DNA from: Candidatus Latescibacterota bacterium | Lineage (GTDB): Bacteria > Krumholzibacteriota > Krumholzibacteriia > WVZY01 > JAKEHA01 | Assembly (NCBI GenBank): GCA_963707635.1 | Contig: OY970173.1 | Coordinates: 1,120,001-1,184,000 of the forward strand | DNA length: 64,000 nucleotides | Direction of reading: 5' to 3' | Part shown: positions 18,534 through 28,328 of the stretch, piece by piece | How positions within the stretch are numbered: position 1 is the stretch's first letter | Layout of the letters: each line of letters begins with the position of its first letter | Program-made: the position numbers and the translations under genes | The notes under the pieces: model-generated | The model's database searches: none | The model's input: the letters and a program-made list of their open reading frames with translations, nothing else | What the model was told of the DNA's origin: nothing

Positions 18534-21386
18534 ATGGTCGTTCGCTGTCGATCGCGTGCGCAATTGATAGCTCCTCTGGTCATTGCACTAGCGGTCGCCC
18601 CGAGTGTTGCGCGAGCTCAATTCAACATAATCTGCGGCGTAGTGTGGACACAAGCGATCCACCAGGAATGGGGCGAACCCTGGTGCACGTTTGCGTGTTT
18701 GGAGTTCGTGGCGAACGAGCTTCTCGGTTACGGTGGTGACCAGTGCGATTTTGTGGTCGAGGCCTGCGCCCGTATCCCAAAGCTAACATGCGATGGGAAC
18801 TGTTGCGGCACCTACTGCCATGGTTACTACTTGACCGGAAATGAGCTCAGCTTATTCATGGACTACGTAGGGTTCCAACGGCATGGTGGTGGCATGGTCT
18901 CATGGCAGTCGGGGCCGACCGCCACACCGTCCCAACTGTACGATGCCATATGTGACGAGAACTATCTGATTTCAGCACACAACGAGATGGGAAGTCCGCT
19001 TGGTCACGCCGTTGTGGTTTGCGTCTTCGATATTGATTCTAACGAGATCACAATAATGGACCCGTATTGGGGCTCTTACCAGCAGGAGATAACGTTCGCG
19101 GAGCTCAAGTCGGGTAGCTACCAAGGCGGGTTTGGTTTACCCATGATAGCGTTTCTCCGTGTAGGCTACTTCGACCCGAAATTCGTTGGCATTGATGACA
19201 TAACCAGGCCTTGGGTGGACGAGCACGTGCCCACCCAGTCGGTAACACTAAAGTACGGAGTATACTGGACCGCCGATCCGGATGATTCAACCTGCTTATA
19301 CATATCCGACAATCCATGGGGTCCCGTGCGCCGAGTCCTGGCGACCAAGCCTCTCAGTCAAGCGTTGCCGTACGGTGAGGAGGCGATTGTATCGATTACG
19401 GATGTCCTGCCATACGTTGAACACGCTTTTGTCCGCTATTTCCTAGATCACGGGCCCGGTGGGTTCGCGGCTCTCCGTTCGCCAGACGACCTCAAGAACT
19501 GCGTCAACAATCCAGTAGAGTTACTTGGGTTCAACGTGGAGCGAGACACGTTGGACGCGCCCGACTTGCTTTCCTTGGTGCCCTCCGGGCCCGATCCGCA
19601 GGTCGGCATTCGGCTAGTTTGGGAACTGTCTGATGATGACGCGATCATTGACTACTACAATGTCTATCGTCAGGAGGACCTCGAGTACAACCCTGGTTGG
19701 ATTTGGCTCGCCTCGGTGCCACGCGGAACGAGTAGTTTCGTCGACGACGTGAACATATTCACGGGTGTGAATTATACATATCGGGTCTCAGCGGCTCACC
19801 ATGGCGGGAATCCCTCCGCTGGAAACGGACGAAAGGGTATCTACAACGACTTCAGTGAGCCTATCACCGGGGTCGCAAAGATGGGGGAAATAGCGAACAA
19901 TGAAACGTGGTCCGGAAACGTGTTCGCGACCGGTGATATCACGGTTCAGAGCGGAAAGACGTTGACGATAGCCGCGGGAACCCATATCTGGATCTGGCCG
20001 GTCGACACAAGCAATGCCGGAGTTGATCACGACCGGGTCGAGATCAAAGTCGATGGGACGCTGGTAGCAAATGGGGCCACTGCAAGTCCGATCGTATTTG
20101 AATCTTGGAACGGGCAACCGCAGACAACGCAAGACTGGTGGGGCATTTTCGTGAACGCGGGTGGTGACGGCGCGTTCGAGCATTGTGCCATTCGGAATAC
20201 CCGGTGGGGTATCGGAGCCAACGCACCGATCTCCGTCGTCGGCTGCACGATCGAGTCAACAGCGTATAGAGGCATCAACATCGCATCGGCAGGCACCGTG
20301 ATCGTAGACAACACGACAATCCGGGGCCCAGAGTACGGAATCAACGCGTTAAATGGAACGAACCTCATCCTTTCGAACTCGACCATCGAGGACTGCTCAT
20401 CGTACGGAGTGGCCCTCTACAAGGGTTCAAAGCTCAACGCGACGGAAACCACCTTTGATGGCAACGACATCGGCTTGTATCTCGCGCGTGAGACGACAGC
20501 GTGGGTTAAGGGGACGGTCCATGATTGCACTTTCACCAACAACACCGACGGCATTTGGATCGACGATGTCGGGGACTCTTCGGTGGTCATCGACGGCTGC
20601 ACGATCGATGACAACACGACGAGCGGAATCTACATCGAGGACAATGGCGACGTATCGATTACCGGTAACACGATCACAGGCAGCGCGGCGGGTGTGTTCA
20701 GCTACAACAGCAACCCCTTGATTCGCTCCAGGAACACGATTCAATACAACACGATCGGGATCAAGTGCGACAACTACTCGGCGGCGGTGGTCGAGTCGTG
20801 CACTGTGACCCAGAACTATCGGGGGGTCTGGGTCGGATGGGAATGCACGACGGACCTGGGGAGCTGGGGCTCCGAGTCGAGTGGCCGCAATATCCTAAAG
20901 CCCAACACGGCGCGCTACGTCATGAACTTTTCGGGCTATCCCGTGAGTGCCCTTTGGAACTACTGGCCCACGAACCCGCCCACTAACTGTATCCCGGAAA
21001 GTGCCAAGTTCTACGGCCCCGTGGACGCGTCCTTCCCGCTCTGCACAGCACCCTCCCTGTCGCCGCTTGCATGGCAATTGCCGGCGCCGGACGGGGATGC
21101 GCCGGAGCGTTTCAGCCTGAGTCAGAATTACCCAAACCCGTTCAACCCAACGACAACAATTGCCTATCAGGTCCCGAGACCGGGAGGCGACGTGGATCTA
21201 GCGCTTTATGACGTGACCGGCAGACTCGTTGGCACGTTGGTTCGTGAACATAAGGTACCAGGGTCCTATGTCGTGACGTGGGATGGTCGCGATCGAAGCG
21301 GTGAGCCGGTGGCAACGGGAGTGTATTTCGTGAAGATGCGGGCGGGGTCGTTCGTGGAGACGAAGAAGATTGTGATGCTGAAGTAG
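18534..21386 (+). CDS. Secreted multidomain protein: papain-like cysteine peptidase, FN3, right-handed beta-helix, FlgD-Ig C-terminal domain
   Basis: Signal peptide ..SVARA; Q.....WC, GHAVVV and IMDPYWG (Cys-His-Asp); YNVYR/YTYRVSA; N..GI repeats; QNYPNPFNP...WDGRD...VATGVYF..KKIVMLK. Confidence 0.8.
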   Translation: MVVRCRSRAQLIAPLVIALAVAPSVARAQFNIICGVVWTQAIHQEWGEPWCTFACLEFVANELLGYGGDQCDFVVEACARIPKLTCDGNCCGTYCHGYYLTGNELSLFMDYVGFQRHGGGMVSWQSGPTATPSQLYDAICDENYLISAHNEMGSPLGHAVVVCVFDIDSNEITIMDPYWGSYQQEITFAELKSGSYQGGFGLPMIAFLRVGYFDPKFVGIDDITRPWVDEHVPTQSVTLKYGVYWTADPDDSTCLYISDNPWGPVRRVLATKPLSQALPYGEEAIVSITDVLPYVEHAFVRYFLDHGPGGFAALRSPDDLKNCVNNPVELLGFNVERDTLDAPDLLSLVPSGPDPQVGIRLVWELSDDDAIIDYYNVYRQEDLEYNPGWIWLASVPRGTSSFVDDVNIFTGVNYTYRVSAAHHGGNPSAGNGRKGIYNDFSEPITGVAKMGEIANNETWSGNVFATGDITVQSGKTLTIAAGTHIWIWPVDTSNAGVDHDRVEIKVDGTLVANGATASPIVFESWNGQPQTTQDWWGIFVNAGGDGAFEHCAIRNTRWGIGANAPISVVGCTIESTAYRGINIASAGTVIVDNTTIRGPEYGINALNGTNLILSNSTIEDCSSYGVALYKGSKLNATETTFDGNDIGLYLARETTAWVKGTVHDCTFTNNTDGIWIDDVGDSSVVIDGCTIDDNTTSGIYIEDNGDVSITGNTITGSAAGVFSYNSNPLIRSRNTIQYNTIGIKCDNYSAAVVESCTVTQNYRGVWVGWECTTDLGSWGSESSGRNILKPNTARYVMNFSGYPVSALWNYWPTNPPTNCIPESAKFYGPVDASFPLCTAPSLSPLAWQLPAPDGDAPERFSLSQNYPNPFNPTTTIAYQVPRPGGDVDLALYDVTGRLVGTLVREHKVPGSYVVTWDGRDRSGEPVATGVYFVKMRAGSFVETKKIVMLK

Positions 21387-21398
21387 GGCGGTGCGTAG

Positions 21399-21962
21399 AT
21401 GATGGACTCAAGGAGACTTCTAGCACTGGCGTCGGCGTGGGTTGTCCTAACTGGGGCCGCCTCGGCACAGACACCAGGGAAGATCTCGATCATGATCCGT
21501 GGCACTGACGCGTCAGTGCACGCGGGCGAAAAGACGACTCTTGGGCAGTGCTACACGGTTCAGTATGCGCTACCGGACGATCTTACGAGCCAGCAGGTCG
21601 AGCGTGCGGTGTTGGAATTGTATGTCGATGTTCGAGCGAAGACCCGGGAGGACTACATCAACGAGGCTCCGATTCTTGAGGTCTACGCGCCGACGGAAGC
21701 ATTCGCAGGTGGCGTCGACCTGAAGAAGGTCGACATCGCTACGCGAGCTGGTCGACCGATCGCTCTTGGCGCGAAACGTCTTGTGCGCATCGATGTAACA
21801 AGAGTCGTTCGCGCGCATGCAAGCAAGACCTTGGCTAATTATGGGCTCGTGATCGGATCACTATCAGGAATGCGCGAAGGCGACTTCACGATTGTTGCAG
21901 ACATGTTTCCTGACGGGGCGATAGGACGGCTGAACATCTACACGAGTGATCCGGTCAAGTGA
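21399..21962 (+). CDS. Secreted hypothetical protein (DNRLRE-like beta domain)
   Basis: Signal peptide ..AASA; VERAVLELYV, IDVTRVVR, NYGLVI. Confidence 0.65.
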   Translation: MMDSRRLLALASAWVVLTGAASAQTPGKISIMIRGTDASVHAGEKTTLGQCYTVQYALPDDLTSQQVERAVLELYVDVRAKTREDYINEAPILEVYAPTEAFAGGVDLKKVDIATRAGRPIALGAKRLVRIDVTRVVRAHASKTLANYGLVIGSLSGMREGDFTIVADMFPDGAIGRLNIYTSDPVK

Positions 21963-21994
21963 CGACGGCGCTCCGGCGCGACGACGTCTCTCTG

Positions 21995-22026
21995 GAAGGG
22001 CCGCCTTCGGGTGGCCCTTCTACGTT
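21995..22026 (+). terminator. Putative intrinsic terminator
   Basis: GAAGGGCCGCC-TTCG-GGTGGCCCTTC hairpin; weak U tract. Confidence 0.6.
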
Positions 22027-22142
22027 GCTGGGCAAGTGCCGCGAAACGTGCATAGGGACCCCCAATGCGGTTGCACGGTTGCGCCTACGTCGGCGGAGCA
22101 CGGACCTAGAGAGGGATCGCGATCCTCAAAGTTCTTGATATG

Positions 22143-22160
22143 GTCCTACCCGGGGAGCCA
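22143..22160 (+). repeat. Second att-site copy (tRNA 3' fragment)
   Basis: GTCCTACCCGGGGAGCCA is 16/18 identical to 14864-14881. Confidence 0.7.
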
Positions 22161-22176
22161 CTTCATTGCGCCGGGC

Positions 22177-22707
22177 TCAGGCGGCGTCCGATAGAAAGGC
22201 ATCCACGGCCGTTTCGACCGCGCTCCTCGACAGGCTGGGATACTTCGCGTATGCGGAATCGGGGATGGCCGCTACCAGGGCTCGGAATCGCGCGGGATCC
22301 ACCATGCCGCTGCGAATGAACTCCCGCGCATCTTCCAGATCGCGCTGGAACCCACGGACGACCTTGGATAGAAGCTGCGCATAGGGATCGTAGTGGTAGA
22401 ACGTGATCGAGCCCACGGTATCGATGAACGCGTGGCGATCCGCGCTGCCTTTCAGCGGCGGCACGAAGTCTTCCGGACGGGCGAACTCGACGTTGATATT
22501 GAGCCGCTCCTTGATCTCCTGAATGCCGCGAAATACGACCTCCTGGTCGGAGAAGAGATCCACATCGATGGATGATCGTCGCCAACCGAGGTAGACGGCG
22601 GTCCCCCCACCCACCAGGTAAACCGCGAACGCACGTCGATGCGGCGCCGCTCGCGCCAGCTCCTTCATGAGCGGCACAAGGCGCTCACGGGTCATCTCTT
22701 GGCGCAT
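22177..22707 (-). CDS. DUF6036-like nucleotidyltransferase (putative toxin)
   Basis: VYLVGGGTAV..GWR.SSIDVDL (GG..A / DxD); SKVVRG..RDLED. Confidence 0.75.
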   Translation of the reverse strand: MRQEMTRERLVPLMKELARAAPHRRAFAVYLVGGGTAVYLGWRRSSIDVDLFSDQEVVFRGIQEIKERLNINVEFARPEDFVPPLKGSADRHAFIDTVGSITFYHYDPYAQLLSKVVRGFQRDLEDAREFIRSGMVDPARFRALVAAIPDSAYAKYPSLSRSAVETAVDAFLSDAA

Positions 22708-22714
22708 GCGATCC

Positions 22715-23152
22715 TCACTCCAGGCGGGCGGCTGAGCACGCATCCGCGAACGACTCGGCCTGCCGCAGATAGGCGAGATAGCGCGCATGCGCCAGGCCGC
22801 CGGCCGTTCGCTCGAGCAGGCGATAGAGTCGCACGTCCGCATCCGCGAACACGTCGCGAGGAACGGGCACGCCCTCGCGCTTGAGGCGCGGAGCGGAGAG
22901 CGACACCAGCAGGCTCTCGATCGACTCTTCGCCGGCCGCGAGGGAGGCCAGCCCTGCGTCGACGATCTCGCCGCCGGGCAGGGCAAGCGCCTTGAAGTCG
23001 GGGGCACCGAAGCGGACCTGAATCCAGCGTCGGATGGCGCCCTGACAGGCCACGCGTTTCCGCGCCCCCGGGCTCATGCGCGCGGCTCGCGCGCGGCCGC
23101 CGCGGCGGCCGTGGGAACGAAACTGCTCTCGAACGGATTCGGGGAGCTTCAT
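22715..23152 (-). CDS. Hypothetical partner of the nucleotidyltransferase (putative antitoxin)
   Basis: Basic N-terminus GRRGGRARA; LPG.E.V..GL..L; 7 nt upstream of the NTase gene. Confidence 0.65.
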   Translation of the reverse strand: MKLPESVREQFRSHGRRGGRARAARMSPGARKRVACQGAIRRWIQVRFGAPDFKALALPGGEIVDAGLASLAAGEESIESLLVSLSAPRLKREGVPVPRDVFADADVRLYRLLERTAGGLAHARYLAYLRQAESFADACSAARLE

Positions 23153-23158
23153 GATTCG

Positions 23159-23187
23159 AATTTACTAAGGGGGTAAGCATTTGTCAA
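23159..23187 (-). promoter_or_regulatory. sigma70 promoter, probably giving a leaderless mRNA
   Basis: TTGACA-17 nt-TAAATT, then 6 nt, then the ATG at 23152. Confidence 0.65.
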
Positions 23188-23239
23188 CCGGCGATACGCC
23201 GCCAGGCCGCGAGGATGCAGGCGTGCTGAAAACGGGGTG

Positions 23240-24854
23240 CTAGCGGCTGGTGCTGAGCAGCGTCGGCGGCGGCGTGTCCTTGCCTTCGGCGAGGCCTTCG
23301 AAGTAGCGCTTCCGCGCCTCGAGGATCCAGTCGTAGAGATACTCTTTACGCCAGAACTTCCCGGCGCGCTCGTAATGTTTGGCCGCCGCGGTGTAGTCGC
23401 CGCGGCTGCCGAGAATCTCACCCGCGCGCACGCACGCGTACAACTGGTAGCGCTCTTCCCACGGGGCCGCCTTCGGGTTGAGCGCCCCCGTGTAGGCGGC
23501 GAGCGCCTGCTCCGTGTCGTTCGACAAGAGCCACGCCTCGCCGAGATAGAACATGTCGGCGACGGTCGGTTCCGTGGTCGCCTCGATCTGCCGGCGCACC
23601 TCGGCGCGCGCGTCCTCGTCCGCGTAGTAGATGGCGGCGACGTCGGCCGGTCCCGCCGCTGGGCCCACGTCGGTGCTGGTCGAGGTAGGTGCGCATGGTC
23701 CGGATTTCGTCGTGCAGGTACTTCACGCCCGCGTTGTCGAGGGCCTGATCCCAGTACTCCCGCGCGGCGCCGGCGTTGCCCCGGGACGCCATCATGCATC
23801 CGAGTTCGTACGCGGCGAAGCCCGGCACCCAGTCCGGGTGCTCGGGGTTCTCGCTCACGATCTGCTCGAAGCGTTCGATCGCGCGCGGCGGATTGAAATA
23901 GCGGTCCGCGCACGCGCGCTCGAAACGAATGAGCGTGTTCGTCATCTGATCGCCTTCGTTCGCGGGCAGCGCGGAGATCCGCGCCATGGCCGCGTCGAGA
24001 CTGTCGCCGACGGCGGAGTAGCGGCGCGGCAGGAAGGGATACATGATCGCGGCGGGGCGCAGGAAGGTCGCGTGGTCCGGGTACCCCCTGCGCAGGTAGG
24101 CGAACCCGTCGAGCCCCTCTTCGAATTGCCCCTCGAATCCGAGGTACACCGAGTAGAGAATGAGCGAATTGTCGGTCTCCATGAAACTGTTCGCGCCCCG
24201 CGCAATCTCCATCATCTGCAGGCCGCGGTCCCGGTCCCCGGACGGGAGGAAGAACAGCTTCGAGACGAACTTGTAGGCGGACGGGAGCGTGTCCGCGAAA
24301 TACAGGAACGCGCCCATTAGCGCTGACGCCACCGCGTCGTTCGGTTCCCTCTGCAGGTACCACTCGAGGTCTTCCTTGCCCTTCTTCGCCTCGCGGCCCG
24401 CGGACCAGAAGCTCTTCTCGTAGGTGTGTACGTGCGACATCATCATCCACGCCCAGCCGCGGTAAAGGCGAAGCGTCGGGTCGGTGTCCTTCGCATCGAG
24501 GCGCGCGTCGCAATACGCGATCACGTGGTCGAGCTCGGCGAACAGCGGCTTGTTCTCGCGCTTGAGGACCTCTTTCTGCTCGTCGTCGACCGGGATCAGC
24601 TCGCGCAGGAGCCGGGCCCGCATCAAGTGGTAGCGGGGTCGGCCCGCGCACTCGGGGGCCAGCGAGTCCGCCCAGGCCAGGGTCTCGCGCACGCGAGCCC
24701 GGAACACGCGGTCCAGCACCATTCGCACTTCGTCGTCGGTGAGGTCGCGAGATGCGGTGAGGGCGGGCCCGTCGCCGGCCGCGGGGCGGCTGGCCCCGAG
24801 CGCCCATCCCGCCACGGCCATCCCGGCAACCAACAGTAAGATATAGCGTTTCAT
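23240..24854 (-). CDS. Secreted TPR-like protein with a one-base frameshift near 23671
   Basis: Signal peptide MKRYILLLVAG; helical TPR-like repeats. Coding-like sequence switches frame after ..TYLDQH into DVGPAAGPADVAAIYY.. Confidence 0.7.
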
Positions 24855-24987
24855 AAAGTTAAGCCGGCCTGGAGCCGGCTGGAGTGCCGCACAGTATGCA
24901 CGAACCGGACCGCTTTCGCCAGTCCCGGCCGGCGGGGTCCGTGGCATGGGGGTTGCAGCGCGACTGCGGATTCCTTCCACAATTCAT

Positions 24988-26820
24988 ATGCAGACGAAAG
25001 ATACGAAATCCCCCGGGGCGGCGGAACGGCCCGCGGCCACCCGGCAGGACACGGCGGTCGACGCCGTCGTCAAGGCGCTGGTCAAGCTCGTCAACGGGCG
25101 GAAGATCTACGCGGACAACAACCCGCGGCTCGAACAATTCCGCCAGGAGTTCGAAGCCGCGCTGCAGCGGTTTTTCGAGCAGGAAGACGAGCTGGTGCTG
25201 GCGATCGACCAGTTCGCGATGCGCTGGAACGACCGGGTGGTCTACGAGAACGTGCGGCGCGAAGACAGCCTCGCGTTCATCCTGTTCAAGGACGGCATCG
25301 GCGAAATCACCGTGCAGCCGAAAGCCGTCGGCAAGGAGACCACGGCGCTGATCGGCATCCTCGCCGACGAGCTGCACAACGTGACCAGCGACGAAGACGT
25401 CGTCACCCGGTTCTGGAACGCGGACTTCCAGCACATCACCTATCGCGTGCTCGACGACTACCTGGCCAACGAATTCGGCGCCGGCGGCGCCACCGCCGAC
25501 GGCGCGGGGAAGTCGGACGAAACCAGCGACCATGAGGAATTGCTCCCGAGCCTCGCCGACAAGGGGCGCGTGATCATCCAGCATTCGGCGTCGCTGGTGT
25601 CGATCGACACCATGCTGCGCGAAATGGTCTCCCGGCACCACCACGACGCCGACGAGCGCGAGCAGGAGGCCCAGTACCAGCGCACCCTGCGCGCCAGCTT
25701 CACCGTCCCGGCCGAGGAAATTGCGCTGTATTCCGCCGAGATCGAGCGCGAGCGCAACGAGGACGGCGTCATCGCCTTCGTCGATGCGATCTTCGTGTTC
25801 ATGCTTCTGACCGATAACCCGTCCGCCGTGCGCGACGTGGCCTCCATCGTCGAGCGCTTCGTCACCTTCGCCCTGGAGGAGAAGAACCCGGTCACGCTGG
25901 AAGGTCTGGCCCGCTTCATCCGCGAATTCAGCGAACGCGAGGATCTGCCGGAATCGGTGAAGACCTTCTGCGCGGGCATGCGGGCGCAGGTCGCGAGCCC
26001 CGCGCTGGCGTCGGCGTTTCTCGACGAGCTCACCGCCGCGGATGCCTCCGCGGATGTCGCTCTCTCGTACGCGGCCGAAGTGGGAGCCGCCGCGACGGAC
26101 GCGCTGGTGCGCACGCTCCACCGCATCGACGCCGGCCCGTTGCACCGGCGCATCTGCGACACGCTGATCGCGGTTGCGGGCGAGAAGCTGGCCCCGGTGC
26201 TCGACCGCTTCGACGTCGACCACCCCGAGGTCGCGCTCGACGCGGTCTACCTCGCGAAGGCGATCCGGATTCCGTCGCTCTCGCCGCGGCTTCGCCAGCT
26301 CGCGTTCTACCCCGACTCGCGGGTGAAGCTGGAGATGCTGGGCTGGGTGATCGAACGAAACGACCCGGACTCCACCGAGGTCCTGCTCGCGTCGCTGAAC
26401 GATCCCGACAAGCGGGTGCGCCTCAAGGTGCTCGAGGCGCTGCTCGAACGCCCGCAGGCGCGGGTGCGGGAGGTGCTCGCCGGGATCGCCTTCGGCAGGG
26501 AGCTGGCCGAGCGGTCGGCCGACGAGCAGGACGCCATCTTTCGCACCCTGGGCCGCGTCGGTGACGCGGGCACCGTGACGCAACTGCGCGCGATGGTGGA
26601 ACGGCGCAAGATCGGGTTGAACAAGGGCAACGAACCCAAGCTGCTCGCGCTGCGCGCGCTGGAGAATATCCGTGACAGCTCCGCGCTGGAGCTGGTCGCG
26701 CGCCTCGCGGAAGACCCGAACGAAGCGGTCCGGCTGCGGGCGCTGCGCGCGAAGGACGCGATGGCCGCGGCCCTGGCGGCGCCGTCGGGTGCCGCCGCGA
26801 AAGGGGAGAAGCGACCATGA
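24988..26820 (+). CDS. HEAT-repeat protein
   Basis: C-terminal LNDPDKRVRLKVLEAL and LAEDPNEAVR repeats. Confidence 0.8.
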   Translation: MQTKDTKSPGAAERPAATRQDTAVDAVVKALVKLVNGRKIYADNNPRLEQFRQEFEAALQRFFEQEDELVLAIDQFAMRWNDRVVYENVRREDSLAFILFKDGIGEITVQPKAVGKETTALIGILADELHNVTSDEDVVTRFWNADFQHITYRVLDDYLANEFGAGGATADGAGKSDETSDHEELLPSLADKGRVIIQHSASLVSIDTMLREMVSRHHHDADEREQEAQYQRTLRASFTVPAEEIALYSAEIERERNEDGVIAFVDAIFVFMLLTDNPSAVRDVASIVERFVTFALEEKNPVTLEGLARFIREFSEREDLPESVKTFCAGMRAQVASPALASAFLDELTAADASADVALSYAAEVGAAATDALVRTLHRIDAGPLHRRICDTLIAVAGEKLAPVLDRFDVDHPEVALDAVYLAKAIRIPSLSPRLRQLAFYPDSRVKLEMLGWVIERNDPDSTEVLLASLNDPDKRVRLKVLEALLERPQARVREVLAGIAFGRELAERSADEQDAIFRTLGRVGDAGTVTQLRAMVERRKIGLNKGNEPKLLALRALENIRDSSALELVARLAEDPNEAVRLRALRAKDAMAAALAAPSGAAAKGEKRP

Positions 26821-28328
26821 GCGAGGGACGGAGCCAGGTCAGCGCCCTCGACGCCATCGACGCGCTGGGCAGCGACGACGGCCGCACACCCGAGGATCGC
26901 GCGTTCTTGAAGGCCCACGGCGAATCGCTGGTCATCCACCTGTTTGCGGCCAGCAAGACGCTGCGGCTCTACGACCTGAAGAACCGCGCGACGCAGCGCG
27001 CGCTCGCCGACGTGATGACCCCGCTGCGCAAGCTCCTCGAGCGCGAGGGGCGGGTCCTGCTACGCTCGTCCAACGAATTCCTGCTCCTGAACGAGTACCG
27101 CATCACCGTGGAGTCGCAGCACTACGGGCCGTTCGAGTACTGGGTCGGGGAAATGAAGAAGCGCGGCGTCGAAGCGATCGAGTTCGGCGCGGCCGCCGGC
27201 GGGGAAGAGGTCGCGACCTTCCTGCTGGAGTTCTTCAAGGTCGAGGCGGGCGAGGATGCCTGCGCGGAGGTCGAGCATCGCCTGAAGGCGGCGGGCGTGG
27301 ACACGATCGCGGTCACGCGCTACGTCGAGCGGGAGACCGTGCTGGCCGACGTGCGCCGGACCGTCACCGACGTACGCCAGGACAGCAACCGCGTCTACTT
27401 TCGCACGGTGGCGCTGATGGGGAACGTGCTGCGCACCGCGGAAGAGACCCACGTGCTCCAGGTGCGCAAGGCGAAGCGACTCACCCAGCAGATGGTCGAC
27501 ATCATCCAGACCGACGAGTCGATGCTGGTCGGGCTCGCGAGCATCCGGGACTTCGACGCGTACACGTTCGCGCACTGCGTCAACGTGTGCGTGCTGTCGA
27601 TGCTCATCGGCGACCGCATGCGCCTCGACAAGGCCGACGTGGCCCGGCTGGGGCTCACCGCGCTCATGCACGACATCGGCAAGACCTACATCCCGGCCAC
27701 CATTCTCAACTCGACGGGCAAGCTCACGGAGCGCGAGTGGGAGCTCATGAAGTACCACACCTTCTTCGGGGTGAAGGAACTCTCGCGCGTGAACGCGCTG
27801 CGCGAGGCGATCGACCCGATGTTCGTCTCCATCCAGCACCACGCCCAGTTCAACGGCAACGGGTACCCGCAGCGACCGGGCGGGTGGAAGCTGCGGCTCT
27901 TCAGCCGGATCGTCACGGTGGCGGACTACTACGACGCCATGACCGCCTACCGCGTCTATCAGAAGGAACCGATCACGCCGGACAAGGCATTACAGTTCAT
28001 CCTGCAAAACGCGGGCAACATCTTCGACCCCTTCATCGCGAAGGTGTTCATCCAGGCGATGGGGCTCTTTCCGGTGGGGACGATCGTGGAGCTGGATCGG
28101 GGAGAAATCGCCGTGGTCACGCGGCAGAACGCCGACAACCGGCTCCTGCACCGGCCGGTGGTGGAAGTGCTCCACACCGACGCCGGCGTGATGACGCGCG
28201 AGAACGTCGACCTCTCGGAGCGCGACCCCGCCGGCGGGTACAACCGCACCATCAAGCGCGCGCTCCACGAGTCGCAGGTCGGCGTGGACAAGCGCCTCTG
28301 CTTCCTCGCCGACGCGGCGGCCGACTAG
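26817..28328 (+). CDS. HD-GYP domain protein (cyclic dinucleotide phosphodiesterase-like)
   Basis: YTFAHCVNV, HDIGK, HH..FNGNGYP, ADYYDAMT..RVY, FDP; ATGA overlap with the HEAT gene. Confidence 0.9.
   Translation: MSEGRSQVSALDAIDALGSDDGRTPEDRAFLKAHGESLVIHLFAASKTLRLYDLKNRATQRALADVMTPLRKLLEREGRVLLRSSNEFLLLNEYRITVESQHYGPFEYWVGEMKKRGVEAIEFGAAAGGEEVATFLLEFFKVEAGEDACAEVEHRLKAAGVDTIAVTRYVERETVLADVRRTVTDVRQDSNRVYFRTVALMGNVLRTAEETHVLQVRKAKRLTQQMVDIIQTDESMLVGLASIRDFDAYTFAHCVNVCVLSMLIGDRMRLDKADVARLGLTALMHDIGKTYIPATILNSTGKLTEREWELMKYHTFFGVKELSRVNALREAIDPMFVSIQHHAQFNGNGYPQRPGGWKLRLFSRIVTVADYYDAMTAYRVYQKEPITPDKALQFILQNAGNIFDPFIAKVFIQAMGLFPVGTIVELDRGEIAVVTRQNADNRLLHRPVVEVLHTDAGVMTRENVDLSERDPAGGYNRTIKRALHESQVGVDKRLCFLADAAAD

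Larger units (their letters stand above)
14858..22160. mobile_element. Decayed integrative element / genomic island
   Basis: Bounded by imperfect direct repeats resembling a tRNA 3' end. Contains a serine-recombinase remnant and a truncated helicase-like ATPase, and has visibly more A/T-ending codons than the flanks. Confidence 0.75.
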
